This document shows positions 62,260 to 64,000 of a stretch of 64,000 bases of DNA, piece by piece. Below the pieces are notes generated by a model, which was given only the letters and a program-made list of their open reading frames with translations, had not been told where the DNA came from and made no database searches. The DNA is taken from positions 2,170,001-2,234,000 of the forward strand of contig CM076001.1 of assembly GCA_038087875.1 (NCBI GenBank), given 5' to 3'. The position numbers were made by a program, and so were the translations under genes. The DNA comes from Malacoraja senta (taxonomy: Eukaryota). Position 1 is the stretch's first letter; each line of letters begins with the position of its first letter.

Positions 62260-63170
62260 TGGGATGACATTTCCAAATTGGGGGGGAGTGGGGGGTTGGA
62301 GCAGGGAGGGAGGGGGGTGGAGGAGAGAGGGTGGAGAGTGGAGGGAGAGGAGGGGGAGACAGATGAGGGTGTCTTCATTCACTTGGGGCGGGTGCCGGTC
62401 ACTGAAACAGGCAGGTGAGATTTCACATCCACCTTGTGTGTGTGTGTCTCTCTCTCTCACTCGCTTCCTCTCACACAGGCTGAGAGACTCTGCCTCTGTG
62501 AGTGTACGTCTCTTTCGCCACCTCTCCCACACAGAAAGACCGAGGTAAGTCCATCTGTGTAAGTCCATCTGTGTCCCCCACATACACAGTAAAACTATGC
62601 TTTGTGTGTATATACGTCTCCCCCATTTCTCTCTTCCCCCCACCTCTCTCCCCCCCCCACCTCTCTCTTTCTCACCCCACACACAATAAGATGTATTCTG
62701 CTTTAGTCTCTCTTCCCTCCCACACACACACAGATAGACCGAGGTCCTGTGCGCTCTTTCTCTCCCCCCACAGTCACGCCGGAGTACACCACACTGCCTC
62801 TGTGCCTCTCTCTCTCTGTCTCTCTCCCCCTCTCTCCTTCATACACCGTCAGAGTTCCACACTGTCTCTGTGTCTCTCTCTCCCCTACACACACACACAC
62901 ACAGACTGAGGTACACACTGCCCGTTGTGTGTGTGTGTCTGCCTCTGTCTCCCACACACACAGTTAAAGGTACTCCACGCTTCCTGTGTGTGTGTGTGTG
63001 TCTCTCTCTCTCTCGCTCTCTCTCTCTCTGTGTGTCCCACCCCCCACACCCACACACACACCCCACACACACACTCAGCCAGAGGAACTCCACACTGTGT
63101 GTGTGTGTGTGTGCGCCTCTGTCTCTCCCTATCACAATCAGTGAGGTACTCCCCCCGCAGTCTCTCCGCG
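62260..63170. repeat. Complex (CT)/(CA)/(TG) degenerate minisatellite
   Basis: Recurring GAGGTACTCCAC...(TG)n(TC)n(CA)n units. Confidence 0.85.
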
Positions 63171-63489
63171 GCCTCTCCCCGGGCAGGGTGCATCAGCCTC
63201 CCTCAGCTCTGATACGGTAAATAATTATAAGATTACCGCTGAAATGTTGTTAAAGGCAGCAAGTTTCACTGCACAAGTAAAGGGTCAGCTGTCCTCGCCA
63301 GAACTAATAAACAGTTATTTTGCAAATTTAAGGGATTTAATAGTTAGTATCAGAACACAGTATTTTACTACATGTCTCAAAATGAGAAAAAAAATCTTAT
63401 AGGATATATTATTTTACAAAGACCAGGTCTCCCACCATTGACTCCATTTACATTCCACGATGCCTCAAAACATATATAATCTAAGAGTT

Positions 63490-63730
63490 GTCCCATCCCG
63501 GTCATTTCTTCTTGTCCTTGCTCCCGTCCGGCGGGCAGTACAGAAGTTTGAAAGCGCCAGCCTCAGGAACAGCTACTTCCCCTCTATTATCAGGTTTCTT
63601 TAAGGTCTTTCTATAACCGAAGGTAATGTCCGATTCACCTCTGCCTCATTACTGACATTTGGACTCTCTGTGCAACTGGTGCGGTGCAATGCTGAGAACT
63701 GTATTCTGCACTCTGTATACTGCACTTCGA
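63490..63730 (+). mobile_element. Rex1-type LINE 3' fragment
   Basis: LSLLPSGGQYRSLK...LRNSYFPSII-like C-terminus. Confidence 0.6.
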
Positions 63731-64000
63731 TTCATACTTGAGATTGACCATTATAATTAAGTATAACATTATTTGATCTCATATAGTCTGTCATACAACA
63801 CGGAAACAGCTTATTTGGTCCAATTTCTCCATGCCGAACATGGCGCCCCACATTCCAGCGTATGACCCATATCCTTCCAAACAGATTTAAAAACACAACA
63901 GTGCCTTCAGTGGATTTATTTCTAAATTTAAAAAAAAATATTGATAAAAAGATGTACAGGATATGCAATACACCAATGCCATGTGTAATTTCAAAAATAA

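Noticed and set aside
1-64000. CRISPR arrays or prokaryotic systems
   Set aside because: The sequence is vertebrate, with spliceosomal introns and vertebrate retroelements; the recurring short blocks are dispersed SINE and Penelope termini, not repeat-spacer arrays.

Overview
Vertebrate genomic DNA from a cartilaginous fish (probably a skate or ray; inferred from the HE1-like SINE, CR1 and Penelope repeat content). It covers part of the V-gene region of the T-cell receptor alpha/delta locus. I find 11 V segments with leaders and recombination signal sequences (RSS) in both orientations. Seven look like intact conventional TRAV/TRDV segments, two are pseudogenes, one is an IgNAR-like V and one is a leaderless supporting Vdelta. 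The main feature is a complete minus-strand NAR-TCR cassette (36960-40830): leader, NAR-like V with a 22-bp RSS, a 12-bp-RSS J, then a leaderless supporting Vdelta. The J splices in frame to the supporting V, and each V domain carries one extra Cys. There is no D segment between V and J, and both the V 3' end and the J 5' end are long and D-like, which raises the possibility of germline-joined VD and DJ. Other contents: an intact two-exon GPR139-like class A GPCR and a decayed paralogue among the V genes; tRNA-Thr(CGT) plus a decayed copy; a tRNA-Leu(TAA) fused to an L2-type tail; CTCF-like motifs; a tandem duplication of a divergent V pair (about 42.8-53.9 kb and 54.9-61.9 kb); many retroelement fragments; and three N gaps. 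No prokaryotic features or CRISPR arrays. All coordinates were read by hand; repeat boundaries are approximate and family calls come from motif recognition, not database searches.
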